Origin: an uncultured Candidatus Saccharibacteria bacterium
GTDB taxonomy: Bacteria > Patescibacteriota > Minisyncoccia > Phycocordibacterales > Zambryskibacteraceae
Length of the DNA: 54,556 bases
NCBI GenBank assembly: GCA_964642835.1
Contig: CAZXQA010000001.1
Span: forward strand, 268,831 to 323,386
Direction of reading: 5' to 3'
In this document: positions 37,338-47,437 of the stretch, piece by piece
Numbering within the stretch: position 1 is the stretch's first letter
How the letters are laid out: each line of letters begins with the position of its first letter
Made by a program: the position numbers and the translations under genes
The notes under the pieces: model-generated
The model's input: the letters and a program-made list of their open reading frames with translations, nothing else
Database searches by the model: none
What the model was told of the DNA's origin: nothing

Positions 37338-38487
37338 TAATGCGATCCATCACCGCGCCGCCCAGGCAGACATCACCAGCGTAGAAGACGATCGACTGAC
37401 CGAGCGAGAGACCGCGCACCGATTCGGCAAACTCGACCTCATCGCCGCGCACAATGACTGGAAGTTTCTCACCACGATAGCGAATGCGAGCGGTAACATT
37501 TTTGTCTTGCGGTTCGCGCATCCAGTTCACGTTCTTGAGAGCAATTTTCTTTGGTGAATACTCCGTAATTTCTGCTAATTTATCAGAAACGATGAGCCGA
37601 TTGTTCTCAACTTCTTTGGCCACTACGTAGAACGGCCCGCTGGCGGCATCCTTCTTCGTAATCTCAAACCCATGCCGCCCACCGATCGTGTAGTGCACAA
37701 GACCTCGGTGAGTGCCAATAACATTATCTTGGGTATCGACCACCTCACCTGGTTTGCTCTCGATATAGTGCGAGAGGAAATCTTCCATCGAGACATTCCC
37801 CATGAAGCAAATGCCCTGGCTGTCCTTCTTCTCGGCCACTGGGAGGTTATATTTCTTGGCCAACTTTCTTACCTCTGACTTTTCCAAGCCGCCGACCGGG
37901 AACATGGTGTGAGCAAGATCAGCTTGGGTGAGCATCCAGAGGAAGTAACTCTGGTCCTTATCCCCATCCTTCCCTTCCGCCAACTGCAGAGGATGATCCT
38001 CTGCATGGGAATCTGTGGATAACTTGAGAGGTTTAGCCTCTAGAACGCGCGCGTAGTGACCAGTGGCGATATGGGTAGCACCGAGCGCCTTCGCCTTTTC
38101 CCAAAAGATCCCGAACTTAATCTCCCGGTTACAAAGCACATCGGGATTCGGCGTACGGTTGGCGCGGTACTCAGTGAGCATCGTGTCGACAACGGCTTCC
38201 TTGTACTCCTTCTCCGCGTCGATAAAGAGAAACGGAATCCCCAAGGTGAGGGCCACCTTCATAGCATCGCGACGTTCCTCCCGCCAGGTGCACGGGAGCC
38301 ACTCCGGCTGCCACGCCCGGATGAAGACACCGGCGACATCGTAACCCTGCTCTTTCAAAAGGGCGGCCGAGACCGCGCTGTCTACTCCCCCCGAAAGCCC
38401 GACAAATACTTTTGCCTTAGTTCGGGAGATATTTGATGATGTTTTGTTTGTGTTCTTCAAAGGTCTTCGCATAGTGCATCTTCCCAT
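37330..38487 (-). CDS. mnmA: tRNA 2-thiouridine(34) synthase MnmA
   Basis: VFVGLSGGVDSAVSAALL is the PP-loop, and CNREIKF and DQSYFL are present. The start may instead be the ATG at 38472. Either start overlaps the mltG 3' end. Confidence 0.9.
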   Translation of the reverse strand: MGRCTMRRPLKNTNKTSSNISRTKAKVFVGLSGGVDSAVSAALLKEQGYDVAGVFIRAWQPEWLPCTWREERRDAMKVALTLGIPFLFIDAEKEYKEAVVDTMLTEYRANRTPNPDVLCNREIKFGIFWEKAKALGATHIATGHYARVLEAKPLKLSTDSHAEDHPLQLAEGKDGDKDQSYFLWMLTQADLAHTMFPVGGLEKSEVRKLAKKYNLPVAEKKDSQGICFMGNVSMEDFLSHYIESKPGEVVDTQDNVIGTHRGLVHYTIGGRHGFEITKKDAASGPFYVVAKEVENNRLIVSDKLAEITEYSPKKIALKNVNWMREPQDKNVTARIRYRGEKLPVIVRGDEVEFAESVRGLSLGQSIVFYAGDVCLGGAVMDRIIE

Positions 38488-39301
38488 CCTTCCCTGTCAA
38501 GAAATAAAGATACGGCGTCGCGGTAGGGTGAAGAGCGGCGTTCAAGGAAACGAGACCAGGGTTGTTGATAGGCTTTTTCGGCAAGCCTTGGAATTCATAG
38601 GTCCCCATTTCGGAGTCGACCTGGAGCGGCATGCCAAGCTTCAAACGCTTCCAAAGAATATCGGCGGCCACCTTTCTGTCCTCTGCCGTCTTCGCTTCCG
38701 CTTCGAGAAGTGAGGCCATCGTCACAATTTCTTCGAGCGTATGACCTGAAGCCTCGATATCCGTCATAAGCGGAGCAATTCGACGAGTGAAGTTCTCACG
38801 CATCACCTGGATTGTCGAAGAGGCGGTAGCAGTCACCGGCATAAAGTAGGTGTCCGGGAAGAGATATCCTTCCGGTGCCGTGGCGAGGAACATCGCGTTG
38901 TCGAAAAAGGCAAACTCTTCTTTGAAAAGATTGGAAATCTTGGCGCTCGTGAAGCCTTCCGGCACGGTTACTTTAATCGTCTCAATCTCATGATCACCAC
39001 GGAAGATCCGCCATGCAATGGTGAAGGCGCTTTCTGGTTTCTCAAAGTAGTACTGCCCCGCCTTCATCCCCCGCTCGCCACCGAGCACAATGGAAAAGCT
39101 GCGGAACCAGAAACTCGAACGGATAAAGTGCCCTTTCTCTAACGTCTGCGAAATCTCCTGAAGACCCGCGCCGTTCGGTACCGTCACAATCGTGTCCTTG
39201 GGAAAGGCCGCGGGGGCCGTCACACTCCACGCTACCACCGCTATCACGATGACGAGAAGTGCGATAAGGGGGCGCCGGTCGTGGGGAAAGTTCTCAAACA
39301 T
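38417..39301 (-). CDS. mltG: endolytic murein transglycosylase MltG (YceG-like)
   Basis: An N-terminal TM helix is followed by MASLLEAEA...PLQVDSE...PGLVSLNAALHP..T.YLYF. Confidence 0.88.
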   Translation of the reverse strand: MFENFPHDRRPLIALLVIVIAVVAWSVTAPAAFPKDTIVTVPNGAGLQEISQTLEKGHFIRSSFWFRSFSIVLGGERGMKAGQYYFEKPESAFTIAWRIFRGDHEIETIKVTVPEGFTSAKISNLFKEEFAFFDNAMFLATAPEGYLFPDTYFMPVTATASSTIQVMRENFTRRIAPLMTDIEASGHTLEEIVTMASLLEAEAKTAEDRKVAADILWKRLKLGMPLQVDSEMGTYEFQGLPKKPINNPGLVSLNAALHPTATPYLYFLTGKDGKMHYAKTFEEHKQNIIKYLPN

Positions 39302-40545
39302 TAGACAGGAAGGTTGGCTGGAGCATCGGCCTTCTTCGACGGGATGCGGTTCAAGGTTGGGGTCGCGGCCACCATAGCGCTTGGGAAGTGATAGAGCGTG
39401 GCAATTTCTTCGGTCGTGAGAATGTAGGGCTTGTCGTCATGCAAATGTTTGAACGGTTCGTTGAAAATAGCGCGGCGCTTGTAGGCCTCGAGCATCTTGC
39501 GCTCGCTCTCCTTCTTGCGCATATCGCGGAAGTCCTGCCACGGATAGTCGAAGTCATAGCCGGATGGTTTAAAGCCGTTCAATGTCTGCGAGCTGAACTG
39601 CTTGAAGACGCCGAGGATGCCGCCAATCTTATTGGCATCGAACGCGGCCGTCTCGGCAAAATAAGCGACGCGGATCATGGAGTCGAAGGCGGTCTTCTCA
39701 AGGGAGCGCTCGATCGCCTTAATCGTTTCCTTCTGAGCATCCGTGAGAGCCTGGAGGGTCGCCGGCTTGTCCTTCTCAGGCTTCACATGCGCCTCCTTCT
39801 CGATAATGGTTTTAATCTCCGCCTTCGCCGCTGCCTTCCAGTCTGGTTTCGTCGTCAAACGACCATACTTAAAGGTCTCTTTCACATGACCTTGGAGAAG
39901 AATTTGGATCCAGGCATGTTCGCCGGGGCGCAAGGAACCCAAGAACTCGAGCAAGGGCGTCATGGGGTCGTTCTTGTACTCTTCCTTCGGATCCTTGTCG
40001 AGGCCGTAATCTACGTACGTCTTAATCGGATAGGCGTCAGCCTTCGTGAGAACAATATGAGAGAACTTCCCGAATTTATACTTCGCCGGATCGTGGTGAA
40101 TGCCGAGCGCGTAGTCGGGCGCTTCGTGAATTTCAATATTGGGAAACTGAGCGTAGAGTGCCGTCTCGACCGGACCTTTGAACTTGGCGTGCATCCATAT
40201 ATAAAAGTGCACTTGCCCTCCCGTCGAGACGAGCTCGAGCGAGAACCACGGACGAACACGACCCTTCAGATAGGCATCCGCCACCGTACCCACCCCCGTC
40301 TGACTCAAGCTCTGGATAAACACTTCCATGAGCGCCGGGCTCTTCAACATCTCATTGGGCAACTTCACCTCAAGGAGGACGCTTCCCTGCGCCTTGATCC
40401 ATTCCTGACGCTTAAAGGCCATCCACGAGTGGAAAGCGAAATAGAGCGCGGCGCACGGCACCCACACGGGCCAGAGCAAAAGCGCGATGTGCGCCGCGCG
40501 AGGGAAAATATCGTATTTGAAAAGCGTGAGGAATTCTTCGAACAT
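39301..40545 (-). CDS. conserved hypothetical membrane-anchored protein
   Basis: 414 aa with an N-terminal hydrophobic hairpin (IALLLWPVWVPCAALYFAF). The C-terminal motif is LTTEEIATLYHFP. Its stop overlaps the mltG start. Confidence 0.7.
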   Translation of the reverse strand: MFEEFLTLFKYDIFPRAAHIALLLWPVWVPCAALYFAFHSWMAFKRQEWIKAQGSVLLEVKLPNEMLKSPALMEVFIQSLSQTGVGTVADAYLKGRVRPWFSLELVSTGGQVHFYIWMHAKFKGPVETALYAQFPNIEIHEAPDYALGIHHDPAKYKFGKFSHIVLTKADAYPIKTYVDYGLDKDPKEEYKNDPMTPLLEFLGSLRPGEHAWIQILLQGHVKETFKYGRLTTKPDWKAAAKAEIKTIIEKEAHVKPEKDKPATLQALTDAQKETIKAIERSLEKTAFDSMIRVAYFAETAAFDANKIGGILGVFKQFSSQTLNGFKPSGYDFDYPWQDFRDMRKKESERKMLEAYKRRAIFNEPFKHLHDDKPYILTTEEIATLYHFPSAMVAATPTLNRIPSKKADAPANLPV

Positions 40546-40593
40546 GCCCTTATTCTACACTACCCCACGAGAGACAGTATGTGGAAACGAGGA

Positions 40594-41658
40594 TTAACCG
40601 ACGCTCGAATAGCGGCCTTCCTTGTCACGCTTGAAGTACTTCGGGTTCTGGAGATTGACGAGAATCGTATTCTCCTTAACGTAACGTTCCTTGAGAACTT
40701 TTTCCACAATTTTCTCCTTGGTAAGAGGACCTTCCTTGTCGATGATTTTCTTGATCACGTCCTTCACGACACCAGACATGTATCCCCACTCGGCGAGAGC
40801 GTAGAGACCGCGGCCGACGAGGACGAAGCGAGGATCCTTAATAAGCTCGTTGTGAGTTGTCGCGACGTGAGCCTTTTTATCGAAATACTGCGAGATGGCC
40901 TTGGCCACTTCCTTGAAGTGGATAGGAGAACCATGCTTGCGAATAACCAAGAAAGCGTAGTCACGCATCCCCTTGGCATTCACGTTCGCGGAGGAGGCGC
41001 GGCCCCATTCGCCGAGCGGGTTCTTGCCAATCTTGTGGGAAATCGAGAGCCAGCGCTTGATGACTTCTTCGTTCTTATACTTTTCGTTAATATCCTTCAC
41101 CTCTTCGAGGAACGAGCTAATGAGATCGCCTTCCATGACAAGTTCGTCGTCGGAGAGTTTGGCATAGAGCTTGCGCAGAGCGCCTTGAATCTTCTGAGAA
41201 AGTTCTGGGTCAGCATGCCAGCGGTGCTTGAATTCTTCATCTTCCTTCTCACGCTTAAATTCCTCACCGATCACAAGGAGGAAGTGGAGATGGTTCTGTA
41301 CGCTCGCGTCCTTAGAGAGATGCGCGAGCAAATCCTTCTCAGAGACAAGTCCGCCGAGGCCAATGAGAATCGCCTTGAGCTCGGTAAAGACCGCTTCGGA
41401 ATCCTTGTAGACCTTAGACTTCCTGATGGCGGCGAGAGAGTGATTCTCGATCTGACGAACGCGTTCACGGGTGATTGTGTACTTCTTGCCGATGGCGTCG
41501 AGGGTCAACTTGTTCGACTTAGCACCCAATCCGTAACGCGAAACGAGCACGTCTTGCGCGCGCTTTGCCAACACCGAAAGGAGGCGCTTGGTGATCTCTT
41601 TAGGCTTGAAATTCAGGGTGATCTTTTCGTTCATATACCTATTTCTATCACTTGACAT
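40594..41658 (-). CDS. sigma-70 region 4-like HTH protein with C-terminal HARE-HTH domain
   Basis: The N-terminal part, RAQDVLVSRYGL....LTLDAIGKKYTITRERVRQIENHSLAAIRK, is the region 4.2 pattern. The C-terminal part, MRDYAFLVIRKHGSPIHFKEVAK...DPRFVLVGRGLYALAEWG, is HARE-HTH-like. Confidence 0.8.
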   Translation of the reverse strand: MSSDRNRYMNEKITLNFKPKEITKRLLSVLAKRAQDVLVSRYGLGAKSNKLTLDAIGKKYTITRERVRQIENHSLAAIRKSKVYKDSEAVFTELKAILIGLGGLVSEKDLLAHLSKDASVQNHLHFLLVIGEEFKREKEDEEFKHRWHADPELSQKIQGALRKLYAKLSDDELVMEGDLISSFLEEVKDINEKYKNEEVIKRWLSISHKIGKNPLGEWGRASSANVNAKGMRDYAFLVIRKHGSPIHFKEVAKAISQYFDKKAHVATTHNELIKDPRFVLVGRGLYALAEWGYMSGVVKDVIKKIIDKEGPLTKEKIVEKVLKERYVKENTILVNLQNPKYFKRDKEGRYSSVG

Positions 41659-41677
41659 AACCTATGTCAAGGCCAGG

Positions 41678-43837
41678 CTACCCGGTGACAAAATTGACCA
41701 ATTTCCCCGGCACCCAGAGGGCCTTCGTAACCGTTTTACCTTCCAACCACTTCCCCATCTCAGGGAGGGCCCGGGCCATCTCCAAGGCCTCAGCCTCTCC
41801 TATACTTGACGAAGCAGAGAACTTACTTCTTACTTTGCCATCTACTTGGACGACAATCAAGGCCGTGGCGGAAACGAGCTTCGCCCTGTCATACGTCGGC
41901 CAAGGAGTAGTGTGAATAGAGTCGGCGTGCCCCAGCGCTTGCCAGAGTTCTTCGACCACGTGCGGCGCGAAAGGCGCGAGAAGAGTGAGAAGGGTTTCGT
42001 ATTCTTCCTCACCTATGACGGTCTGCTTCTCGAGCGCGTTCGTGTAAATCATGAGACTCGAGACTGCCGTGTTGAAGCCGAGCGTTTCAATGTCTTCGGA
42101 GACCTTCTGAATCGTCTGATGCATGAGAGAGACATCGGTAACTGGCGTGCCAGCGACCACCTTTTCTCGCAACTTCCAAACTCGTTCGATAAACCGGCGC
42201 GGCCCCACGAGCGAACTCTCGTTCCAGGCAATAGCTTGCTCGAACGGACCCATGAACATCTCATAGAGACGGAGCGTGTCGGCACCGAAGCGCTCGACGA
42301 TGGCGTCTGGGTTCACGACATTCCCTTTTGACTTACTCATCTTCTCCCCACCCTCCGCGAGGATAAGTCCGTGAGAGGTGCGCTTCTTGTACGGCTCAGG
42401 GGTCGGCACCAATCCAATATCAAAGAGGAACTTATTCCAGAAGCGCGAGTAGAGCAGGTGAAGCACCGTGTGTTCCATGCCGCCGTTGTACCAGTCGACG
42501 GGCATCCAATACTTCAACTGTTCCGGCGAAGCGAAGGCCTCGTCGTTATGTACATCAGCATAGCGGAGGAAGTACCACGAAGAACCTGCCCAGTTAGGCA
42601 TCGTATCGGTCTCTCGCTTGGCCGCACCACCACAGGTAGGGCACGTCGTGTTAACCCAGTCGAAAATAGCGGCAAGTGGCGACTCTCCGTTGTCGGTTGG
42701 CTGATAATTTTCTACCTTAGGCAATTCGAGAGGCAGGTCCTTTTCTGAAAGCGGCACTATTCCGCACTTCTCACAGTGCACGACGGGAATCGGCTCACCC
42801 CAATAACGCTGACGCGAGAAGACCCAGTCGCGCAGTTTGTACTTCGTCACCTTTTCTCCGAATTCTTCAACCGAAGCTTTAGGATACCCTTCGATAATCG
42901 GCAGGTCGTGCTTTAAGGCAAAGGCGTGGTCACGCTCGTCATCCGCTGGGACGCCCATAATGGCCCCGGTGCCGTAGTCAGAGAGAACGTAGTCGGCTTC
43001 CCACACTGGAATCTGCGCTTTCGTCGCTGGGTTCGTCACATATCTACCCGTGAACTTATCTTCCTTACCAGCAACCGCGAGGAAGGTAGCGCCGTGGATT
43101 GTGTCAGGACGAGTGGTGAAGACTTCGAGGTCGTCAAACTTTATAAGTGCTCCCTCAGACTTCCCGATCCAATTCCTCTGCTGCGTCTTCACGCGCTCAG
43201 GGTAATCGACTGTTTCCAAATCATTCAAAAGACGTTCGGCATACGCCGTGATCCTCAACATCCATTGCTCCTTCTCCTTCTGCTCGACCGGCGTACCGCA
43301 GCGCTCGCAGCAACCATCGACCACTTCTTCGTTGGCGAGACCAATCTTGTCCTTGGGGCACCAGTTGATCGGGATCTTCGCCTTGTACGCTAACCCATGC
43401 TCAAGGAATTTGAGGAAGAGCCACTGCGTCCACTTGTAGTACCTGGGGTCAGTCGTGTTCACTTCTCGTGACCAGTCGAAAGAAATGCCCAGAGCCTTAA
43501 GCTGACGGCGGAAATTATCAGTATTGTCTTGAGTGACGACTCTCGGGTCTTTGCCGGTCTTAATAGCATAGTTCTCCGTCGGCAAACCGAAGGCGTCCCA
43601 CCCGATGGGATAGAGCACGTTGTAACCTTCGCGACGACGCTTGCGCGATACCACGTCGAGCGCGGCGTAACTTCTCACGTGACCGGTATGAAGACCGTCT
43701 CCCGAGGGATACGGGAATTCAATAAGCGCGTAGTACTTAGGTTTAGAAGAATTCTCCAGGGCGCGATACAAGCCTTCACTCTCCCACTTCTCCTGCCACT
43801 TGCGTTCTATTTGTTTCGGGTCGTAATCCTGAGACAT
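41678..43837 (-). CDS. leuS: leucine--tRNA ligase (compact, 719 aa)
   Basis: FPYPSGDGLHTGHVRSY is the HIGH region and KMSKSKGN is present. The CP1 editing marks TTRPDTIHGATF and GTGAIMGVPADDERD are also present. Confidence 0.95.
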   Translation of the reverse strand: MSQDYDPKQIERKWQEKWESEGLYRALENSSKPKYYALIEFPYPSGDGLHTGHVRSYAALDVVSRKRRREGYNVLYPIGWDAFGLPTENYAIKTGKDPRVVTQDNTDNFRRQLKALGISFDWSREVNTTDPRYYKWTQWLFLKFLEHGLAYKAKIPINWCPKDKIGLANEEVVDGCCERCGTPVEQKEKEQWMLRITAYAERLLNDLETVDYPERVKTQQRNWIGKSEGALIKFDDLEVFTTRPDTIHGATFLAVAGKEDKFTGRYVTNPATKAQIPVWEADYVLSDYGTGAIMGVPADDERDHAFALKHDLPIIEGYPKASVEEFGEKVTKYKLRDWVFSRQRYWGEPIPVVHCEKCGIVPLSEKDLPLELPKVENYQPTDNGESPLAAIFDWVNTTCPTCGGAAKRETDTMPNWAGSSWYFLRYADVHNDEAFASPEQLKYWMPVDWYNGGMEHTVLHLLYSRFWNKFLFDIGLVPTPEPYKKRTSHGLILAEGGEKMSKSKGNVVNPDAIVERFGADTLRLYEMFMGPFEQAIAWNESSLVGPRRFIERVWKLREKVVAGTPVTDVSLMHQTIQKVSEDIETLGFNTAVSSLMIYTNALEKQTVIGEEEYETLLTLLAPFAPHVVEELWQALGHADSIHTTPWPTYDRAKLVSATALIVVQVDGKVRSKFSASSSIGEAEALEMARALPEMGKWLEGKTVTKALWVPGKLVNFVTG

Positions 43838-44398
43838 TTAAGCTGAGACATTGTTGAACTTTTTCACCGCGATCCAACACAAGAGACCAAGAGCGACGGC
43901 AAGGATAAGGAGCTTGATGACATCGTTCGCCGAACCCCAGTAGCGCATCGAAGCAATGATGAAGGAGAGGACCCCCGCGAGAGAGAGACCGCTCGCAATA
44001 ACACCGTTCTTCGCAAAGAAGTTACCAGCGGCGACAGAGAGAGCCCCGAGTATGACGAGGATCACAAAGACGTTGCGATCATAATCCTGACGCGAGGTGT
44101 CATAGGTCTGACGGCAGGTGTATTGCACGTCGCAGTAGCCGGCTGGAGCAGACTTCGCACCCTCACCGTAGTACATATTCTCATTCCACTGTCCTCCTTG
44201 AGCCACGCATGCGGCCTGGGTTCCAGGAACATTTACCACCTGAGAAGTCGGGCAAAATGCTTCGAGCTCCGGAGACTTATAGACAAGCGAGATGGCGTAG
44301 TTGAAGAAGAGATTGAGGACGATCATGATGCCAATAATCGTGGACCACTTACCAATGCGCTGTGATGTATTCATAGGGAGTAGTATACGCCGTTTCAA
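43838..44398 (-). CDS. membrane protein, function unknown
   Basis: TM helices flank a Cys-containing loop (CPTSQ...ACVAQGG...YCDVQYTC). Its stop abuts the leuS start. The true start may be the ATG at 44374. Confidence 0.65.
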   Translation of the reverse strand: MKRRILLPMNTSQRIGKWSTIIGIMIVLNLFFNYAISLVYKSPELEAFCPTSQVVNVPGTQAACVAQGGQWNENMYYGEGAKSAPAGYCDVQYTCRQTYDTSRQDYDRNVFVILVILGALSVAAGNFFAKNGVIASGLSLAGVLSFIIASMRYWGSANDVIKLLILAVALGLLCWIAVKKFNNVSA

Positions 44399-44457
44399 CC
44401 GCCTTTGACAAATCGCTCTCCAAACTGTAGAAAGAACTCAGACAAAGGAGAACTACC

Positions 44458-45033
44458 TTGGAAAACCGTGCCTATCAGAACGTCTTGAGCGCCTTCAAAC
44501 TCATCGTCGATCTTAACCTCTTTGCAGCTGAAGGGATGAACGCTCTCATTGAACGTGTACTCGCCTCGTCGCCGACACGCGAACAACTTTGGGAAATTTT
44601 CCAGATTATCGGACCGTGGTACGAGGAGCATGGTCCGTCTGAAAGCTGGGGGTTTTTCGACAAACAGGAGTTCGACGCCGTGCCGTACTACAATCTGTAC
44701 ATACGCTGGTCGGAACTTTCGAAAGTCGAGCTCAAGAGTGCTGTCGACTTCCCTTCCGCCCTTTCTCTCACCCGCAGCATGCTCGCAACACGGGAAAGGT
44801 CTGAGGCACGGTATCTCCTTCTCGATTTTGCCTCGACTCCCGAACACGCCCTCATTTTCATCGGCCTCAAGCAAAACCTCGGTGAGGGCTGCAGCGAAAA
44901 AGAAGAGAGGAAGCTTCTCAAACTAGCGACGACTGACGAAGTGCGGCTAGCACTCATCAACTTCGGCAACGAACGCAGATGGAACGTACAGGACAAAACC
45001 ATGATGCGTCTCGCAGAAATGATTGGGACATAA
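44458..45033 (+). CDS. hypothetical protein
   Basis: The TTG start lies 7 nt after AAGGAG, and a strong terminator follows directly. I prefer it to the antisense ORF 44395..44874. Confidence 0.6.
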   Translation: MENRAYQNVLSAFKLIVDLNLFAAEGMNALIERVLASSPTREQLWEIFQIIGPWYEEHGPSESWGFFDKQEFDAVPYYNLYIRWSELSKVELKSAVDFPSALSLTRSMLATRERSEARYLLLDFASTPEHALIFIGLKQNLGEGCSEKEERKLLKLATTDEVRLALINFGNERRWNVQDKTMMRLAEMIGT

Positions 45034-45040
45034 CCCGAAA

Positions 45041-45074
45041 GCGCGCGACCCTTAGGTCGCGCGCATATTTTGTT
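45041..45074. terminator. intrinsic terminator between convergent genes
   Basis: gcgcgcgacc-ctta-ggtcgcgcgc is followed by atattttgttt. Confidence 0.8.
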
Positions 45075-45083
45075 TGAGGAAAC

Positions 45084-45950
45084 CTACTTCCCTGTCACGA
45101 TGTACTGTAACCGTCGCCCGATCTCGGTGAGGATTTGCTCACCTTTTTCGCCGGGGATACTGACGATCACCGCCACGATGCAAGAATCACTGCCGTCGAA
45201 ACAGGTGACGCCACAATCTCCCACGACACCAACGTGAGGATTACCTGGATCTGTCCACCACCCTGTCTTGTGATAAAACGGCGTGGAAGATGGCAACCCA
45301 GCCCGCAGCTTACCGTTATCCCGCTGTTTCTGGAGAAGCCGAGACAATCTTTGCGATGAGTCAACTCCAAGAAGTGTGCCATTGTCGACCAGACAAAGGA
45401 ACTCTGCAAGGTGCCGAGTATATCCTTGGACCATTGGAGCGTCTTGATACGGAAGATCTTCGAGCTTGCGGCTGAGAAACTTCCTGGTAAGAGCACTTTT
45501 CTCCCAACCATGTTTACGAAGAAGCTTGTTGACCTCCTCACGACCCACGAAGTCGATAAGGACATTAGCTGCCGTGTTATCGCTCCGGGTGATCATGAGA
45601 TCGAGAAGAACTTCGAGGGTCGAGAAGGCGCCTCCTTCAAGCAACGGTCGCGTATCACTAGCCACTTCCGGCTTCTCATCGACGGCATTTTTCTTCACCA
45701 CATAGATTCGTCTGTCCCAGCGAGTGCGCGTTCGCTTCATGTACTCAAGAAGTGCCGCGGCGATGTAGAGCTTGGTGAGTGAAGCGGGGTAAATGGGCGT
45801 CAGATCACGCCAACCCGCATAGGCATAACCTCTCACATTGCTTTTCGCAATCGAAAGATGGATCGACGCTGCACCACCCAATTCAGAAACTACGTTTCTT
45901 ACTCGCGTTGTCATCTCCGGGTCTTGCGAGAATTTCATTCTCTGTACCAC
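45084..45950 (-). CDS. class A beta-lactamase-like serine hydrolase
   Basis: SLTK (SxxK), SDN and HKTG (KTG) occur in class A order and spacing. Confidence 0.8.
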   Translation of the reverse strand: MVQRMKFSQDPEMTTRVRNVVSELGGAASIHLSIAKSNVRGYAYAGWRDLTPIYPASLTKLYIAAALLEYMKRTRTRWDRRIYVVKKNAVDEKPEVASDTRPLLEGGAFSTLEVLLDLMITRSDNTAANVLIDFVGREEVNKLLRKHGWEKSALTRKFLSRKLEDLPYQDAPMVQGYTRHLAEFLCLVDNGTLLGVDSSQRLSRLLQKQRDNGKLRAGLPSSTPFYHKTGWWTDPGNPHVGVVGDCGVTCFDGSDSCIVAVIVSIPGEKGEQILTEIGRRLQYIVTGK

Positions 45951-45997
45951 AAGATTCCTCCTGGAAAGGTTCTGGCTCTGGGCCCACCCTAACGTAT

Positions 45998-47008
45998 TTA
46001 AACAAGGAACTCAATCACATCCCCATCTTGGACGACATACTCCTTCCCTTCCGTTCTCACCCAGCCCTTAGACTTCGCGGCGGCGTAGGAGCCGGCTTCG
46101 AGGAGCTTGTCGCAGGCAATCACTTCCGCGCGGATGAAACGAGCTTCGAAGTCGGTGTGGATTGAGCGGCCGGCATACGGCGCCTTGGCATCACGCTTCG
46201 TCGTCCAGGCACGTGTCTCGGCTTCGCCTGTCGTCAGGAAGGTGATGAGGTCGAGAAGTTTGTAGCTCTCCGTAATTAAATTATCCAAGCCCTCGCCGAA
46301 GACCGGATCGAGCTTCACATACGGTCCGGGGATCTTCGAAGCAATCTCGTCCGCCAAGTTCTCTGCCGCGGCAGAGGTGTTCAATATATAGAGCATCGGC
46401 TTCATGGTAAGGAGGTGAAGGTTGCCGACGAGTTTCTTCTCTTCCTCGGTGAGCACTGCTTCGTTCGCGAGCTTCCCTTCCTTGAGCAGAGCTTCCACTT
46501 TCTGAAGAGCGGCTTCTTCGGCGGCCGCTTCCTTCTTGCCGGTCTTCGCTTCACGAGCGACACCGCCCAAGCGCTTAGAGACCGTTTCCATATCGGCAAG
46601 AATAAGTTCGAGGTTAATGACCGCGATGTCTGAGAGTGGGTCTACCGTGCCAGCCACGTGGATGACGTCATCGTCGCGGAAGGTGCGAACCATGTGCGCG
46701 ATGGCATCTACTTCGCGGATGTTCTGGAGGAATTTATTGCCCAGACCTTCTCCCTCGGAAGCACCCTTCACGAGACCGGCAATGTCGACGAATTCGACCA
46801 CCGCGGGGACCGTCTTCTTCGACTGACTCATGGCGGAGAGTTTCTCCAAGCGCTCGTCAGGCACCGGGACGATACCGACGGAAGGATCGATCGTACAGAA
46901 GGGGTAATTCTCGGCCGGAACGCTCTTCTTGGTGAGCGTATTAAAGAGCGTGGACTTCCCCACGTTCGGCAGACCGACAATGCCGATACTTAGTGCAGAA
47001 TAAGACAT
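45998..47008 (-). CDS. ychF: redox-regulated/ribosome-binding ATPase YchF
   Basis: [19 protein letters not shown] is the G1 motif. The protein continues [14 protein letters not shown] and ends with a TGS-like C-terminus (DGDVIEF). Confidence 0.92.
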   Translation of the reverse strand: MSYSALSIGIVGLPNVGKSTLFNTLTKKSVPAENYPFCTIDPSVGIVPVPDERLEKLSAMSQSKKTVPAVVEFVDIAGLVKGASEGEGLGNKFLQNIREVDAIAHMVRTFRDDDVIHVAGTVDPLSDIAVINLELILADMETVSKRLGGVAREAKTGKKEAAAEEAALQKVEALLKEGKLANEAVLTEEEKKLVGNLHLLTMKPMLYILNTSAAAENLADEIASKIPGPYVKLDPVFGEGLDNLITESYKLLDLITFLTTGEAETRAWTTKRDAKAPYAGRSIHTDFEARFIRAEVIACDKLLEAGSYAAAKSKGWVRTEGKEYVVQDGDVIEFLV

Positions 47009-47054
47009 TACCTTCGTTGATTATTGGTATATAACCAGTGACTTTTAATTCCTT

Positions 47055-47297
47055 TTGATTACCTACGACCTTTTCAACAGTGTTCAATACTATCTCCCGT
47101 TTCTCACTAAAACTCAAGTTCGAAAGTGGGACACCCTCAAGGTCTTACTGATGGTGCTGTGGGAAACAAAGGGTATTGATAATAAAAAATATGTTGCCTT
47201 ATCTGTGCCAATGGAAGAAGTTGGAAAAATGCTTGGAGGATGGAACGGGCAGGTCGCTTCAAAACAAAACTCTCTGCCCTTGAGCAGAGAGAAATGA
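47055..47297 (+). CDS. Avd-like four-helix-bundle protein, apparently N-terminally short (80 aa)
   Basis: The C-terminal TKGIDNKKYVALSVPMEEVGKMLGGW matches, from memory, the conserved ...IDNKKY...EIGKMLGGW end of DGR accessory (Avd)/four-helix-bundle proteins. An in-frame TAA at 47046 prevents upstream extension. Confidence 0.5.
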   Translation: MITYDLFNSVQYYLPFLTKTQVRKWDTLKVLLMVLWETKGIDNKKYVALSVPMEEVGKMLGGWNGQVASKQNSLPLSREK

Positions 47298-47303
47298 AGA
47301 GAG

Positions 47304-47437
47304 TTGCGAAGCGAGGAACACGAAACCGTTCTCACGATTCCACCTGTTGTCAGCGTTGCCGTTGTAGGCGTTCAGCCAGCGACCATTGTCGTTGCGATTG
47401 ATGCCGAGAACGTTCGGGTTGCCGTCCGAATCGGTTT
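47304..47437 (-). repeat. DGR template repeat (TR), sense on minus strand
   Basis: It aligns gap-free to 47785-47918. All 22 core mismatches are T on the + strand here, which is A on the - strand. In the VR frame it reads 11 Asn codons (8 AAC, 3 AAT). Confidence 0.85.

Noticed and set aside
39388-41655. A 755-aa ORF on the + strand, the longest ORF in the window.
   Set aside because: It is entirely antisense to two well-supported minus-strand genes: the 414-aa conserved protein and the sigma/HARE-HTH protein. It is very rich in Leu, Arg and Glu, has no recognisable motif and no RBS. This is a typical shadow ORF of a GC-biased third-position coding strand.
44395-44874. A 159-aa minus-strand ORF.
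   Set aside because: It overlaps the + ORF 44458..45033, which has an AAGGAG RBS, a terminator and a more protein-like composition.
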